64,000 bases of DNA from Paraphysomonas bandaiensis (Eukaryota; Protista; Chrysophyceae), in assembly GCA_965644295.1 (NCBI GenBank), contig CBFFRP010000216.1, forward strand, positions 62,001-126,000, in the 5' to 3' direction. This document shows positions 61,499 to 64,000 of this stretch, piece after piece. The translations under genes and the position numbers were made by a program. Position 1 is the stretch's first letter. The number at the start of each line of letters is the position of its first letter. The notes beneath the pieces were generated by a model, which worked only from the letters and a program-made list of their open reading frames with translations, made no database searches and was not told the origin of the DNA.

Positions 61499-61965
61499 AT
61501 ACCTCGTAGGTCAGGGGTTCAATATATATATGGAGTTACATGGCTGATATGAACACTGAGATATGACTCCATCTATACATATGACATGAGGCGTATATAC
61601 GCACACTCCTGTATGTTCCTACCTACAATACATACCACTCCCATTGCTATAATCGAGGTTCAACGTCAGGTGGACGTATAATCCCGTATACCCTACGATT
61701 AAACCAGTAAATGGAAGGAATTTGAAATTGATTGGTGTATGTTTACCATTAGAAATTAGAAGGGGAAGATAAAATTTCATATCAAATCAATTTTATTTGA
61801 ACGAAACTGAATCCCTCTCATTGGATGATTTTTAATTAGAACTGAGATGAGTTGCATCATTTCAGTTCTACAGGAGTTCTCATATGAAATATCGCTCACA
61901 GTGCAGTGTGCATGCCCTCCTCTGTTATTACTCATCGATGACTGGGACGTATAGAGTAAGATAAA

Positions 61966-63024
61966 ATGGGTGAGATCAAGCAAAATGTACGATGGGACGA
62001 GTTGTATTTCTTCATTGGTGTAGTGAGCGTCATGGTCAGCTCATGGCTAGTTGGCGCTTTTCCACACTGCTATTGGGTTCAGCATTGTATTATGATTTTC
62101 ATATTGCTCATAATTCGCATTTCCCGGTTCACGAGGAAAGGTTACCAATTCTGGCTTCTCGATTACTGCTATGTCATCAATTACATGGTGCTTATGTATT
62201 ACATGCTTAGTGTTGCTGGAGCGTGCCCTTTTCACAAGTATATTTTCCGAATTGTATTTTCTTCTTGTGTAGGACCATTAGCTATATCTGTGGCAGCATT
62301 TCGAAATTCATTGGTGTTTCATTCAGCAGATAATCTGATCATTTTGGCTTTGCATTTCAGCCCGAATATTGCCATTTGGGGAATGCGTTGGTTTTCTGCC
62401 GATTTGGAGCGCGATTTTCCTAATACATTTCATGTATGCGACAATAATCCAACTGATCGACTAAATTTATTTTTTAGTAATACTGATTGTCCTGGAAGTT
62501 TTACTGATCTTTATTTATGGCCTGTGTTTGTCTACGCAATTTTATGGGCCACACCATACTATTTATTTTTCTTTATTATTGGAAAAGAAGCCCTTAGAAA
62601 AGGGGGATATTACACTATGTTTGATGACATGAGTTCTAAACCGGCTGTTAAGAAGGTTCTATCTATAGGAGGAGATTGGGGGAAGGAATTCAAATATATG
62701 GTATGTCATGGCTTGGCGGTTTATTTAGTGCTTTTTCTTGGACCAGTGTTGTGGCATAGTTTTATTCTTCATACGGCATACTTAGTCTCTATTGTGGGTG
62801 TATCCGTTTATAACGGAGGGACGTATTACTTCCGTGTGTTTGCCAAAAAGTACTATAACGAGGCGATGAAAGAAGTTCAAGATCACGAACAACAAGTCGA
62901 AAAACAAGAACTTGAACTGGCTGATAGATATCTAGGAGAGCACCAAGGATTAAACCCGCTTTCAGCTGTCAATGACGAGAATACTGGTGATGATTGCGTC
63001 GACGCAGGGCACCCGGAGCCATAA
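61966..63024 (+). CDS. GPC1: Glycerophosphocholine acyltransferase (GPCAT, DUF2838 family)
   Basis: Motifs GYQFWLLDYCY, GPLA..VAAFRNSLVFHS.D....ALHFSP, YNGGTYY..VFAKKY; multiple TM helices. Confidence 0.88.
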   Translation: MGEIKQNVRWDELYFFIGVVSVMVSSWLVGAFPHCYWVQHCIMIFILLIIRISRFTRKGYQFWLLDYCYVINYMVLMYYMLSVAGACPFHKYIFRIVFSSCVGPLAISVAAFRNSLVFHSADNLIILALHFSPNIAIWGMRWFSADLERDFPNTFHVCDNNPTDRLNLFFSNTDCPGSFTDLYLWPVFVYAILWATPYYLFFFIIGKEALRKGGYYTMFDDMSSKPAVKKVLSIGGDWGKEFKYMVCHGLAVYLVLFLGPVLWHSFILHTAYLVSIVGVSVYNGGTYYFRVFAKKYYNEAMKEVQDHEQQVEKQELELADRYLGEHQGLNPLSAVNDENTGDDCVDAGHPEP

Positions 63025-64000
63025 TAGCTATACCTGGTGGAATAGTACAATAAATTCGTAGCAATAGATATGTATATTGATAAGTGTATAGAAAAAGTGA
63101 TTGCAATACTACAATGTATATTTTTTTCTATGAAACGTGCCCGCAATACTTATTTCGTTGTGAGTGATGATATTAATGACGCCTTGTAATAATACTTTTC
63201 AGTACGAAGTGTGAGAGTCTGATGTAACGTGTCCTAATTCGCTGGTGTCGTGTTCTTCTATAAGTCGAAGTCTCTTAATTTAGGAGCTTCCTAGAATAAC
63301 TTTGATAAACAACGTTTTTTAAAATATAATTTGAAGACATTATTCGTAAAAGATATGACAATAAATATTCCTTGTGTCAAATTGACTACAAACTATATAT
63401 GTATAAAGGAAACCAGCACCAGCAATAACAGTAGGTAACTTGACCTTATTTCTATTCAGAGGAAAGCTATAATGCTAAACCTTTGACGTAATTTCGACTT
63501 ATTCTAATGATAACACAACGCATACACTAACAAGGACATTCAGCAGCATATATTGCTCGCTAATTATGGGGCTCTAACTTCAGCAATGTTACCGATTTGA
63601 GAGATATGTGGGGTGGGAAATATCTCACTACATCAGGTAGATGAGTTTAAAATATAAAATTCGCCCTTATTCATCTGGAGTAGAGTTTACAATGTACAGT
63701 TCACACTGCCTGTAGTTACTGTTTGCATTCTCTCAGTCTTGCGGGTAAATTCTATTATCTCTCAGTAATTCTGATACCGTGGCCAACAAGAACCATACAC
63801 TACATCTTATTCCACTTACAGCACAAGCAGGTCAACCATATCGTGCACCCTCGACGAAAAAGTTCAGAGCTACCTGATTGATGATCGTAAGTGCAGCTGT
63901 GCTCTGCATCTGGCTATCTCCCCTTGCGGTTCATTCGAATGACTTGAACAACACGACTTCAATTAAAAAGCGACTTTTTGGAATATAAACTGGGGATTTT

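Overview
Gene-dense eukaryotic nuclear DNA with short GT-AG introns (mostly about 45-140 nt). Gene content suggests a stramenopile, possibly a chrysophyte; this is an inference. Host genes: a giant (~3,665 aa, 4 exons) cupredoxin/LNR/REJ/EGF/GPS-like multi-pass receptor, an eIF2-alpha kinase, a bZIP factor, tRNA-Leu(TAA), a secreted protein, an ABM-like protein, a GT41 glycosyltransferase with a signal peptide, MRD1/RBM19, F-box-TM, C2-FYVE, pseudo-Fic-RING, a Cid1-like terminal nucleotidyltransferase and GPC1. Mobile DNA: a very young Ty1/copia element (identical 294-bp LTRs, AGCCA TSD) inserted into the terminal repeat of a MITE, an old solo LTR of the same family, a hAT-type MITE and a fold-back gag-like fragment. 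The most notable observation is a three-copy family of internally deleted non-LTR retroposons (two ~1.1-kb copies with TSDs, one 3'-truncated). Their shared 5' end folds as an HDV-like ribozyme resembling the trypanosomatid ingi/L1Tc Pr77 signature. All calls were made by eye; no searches were run.
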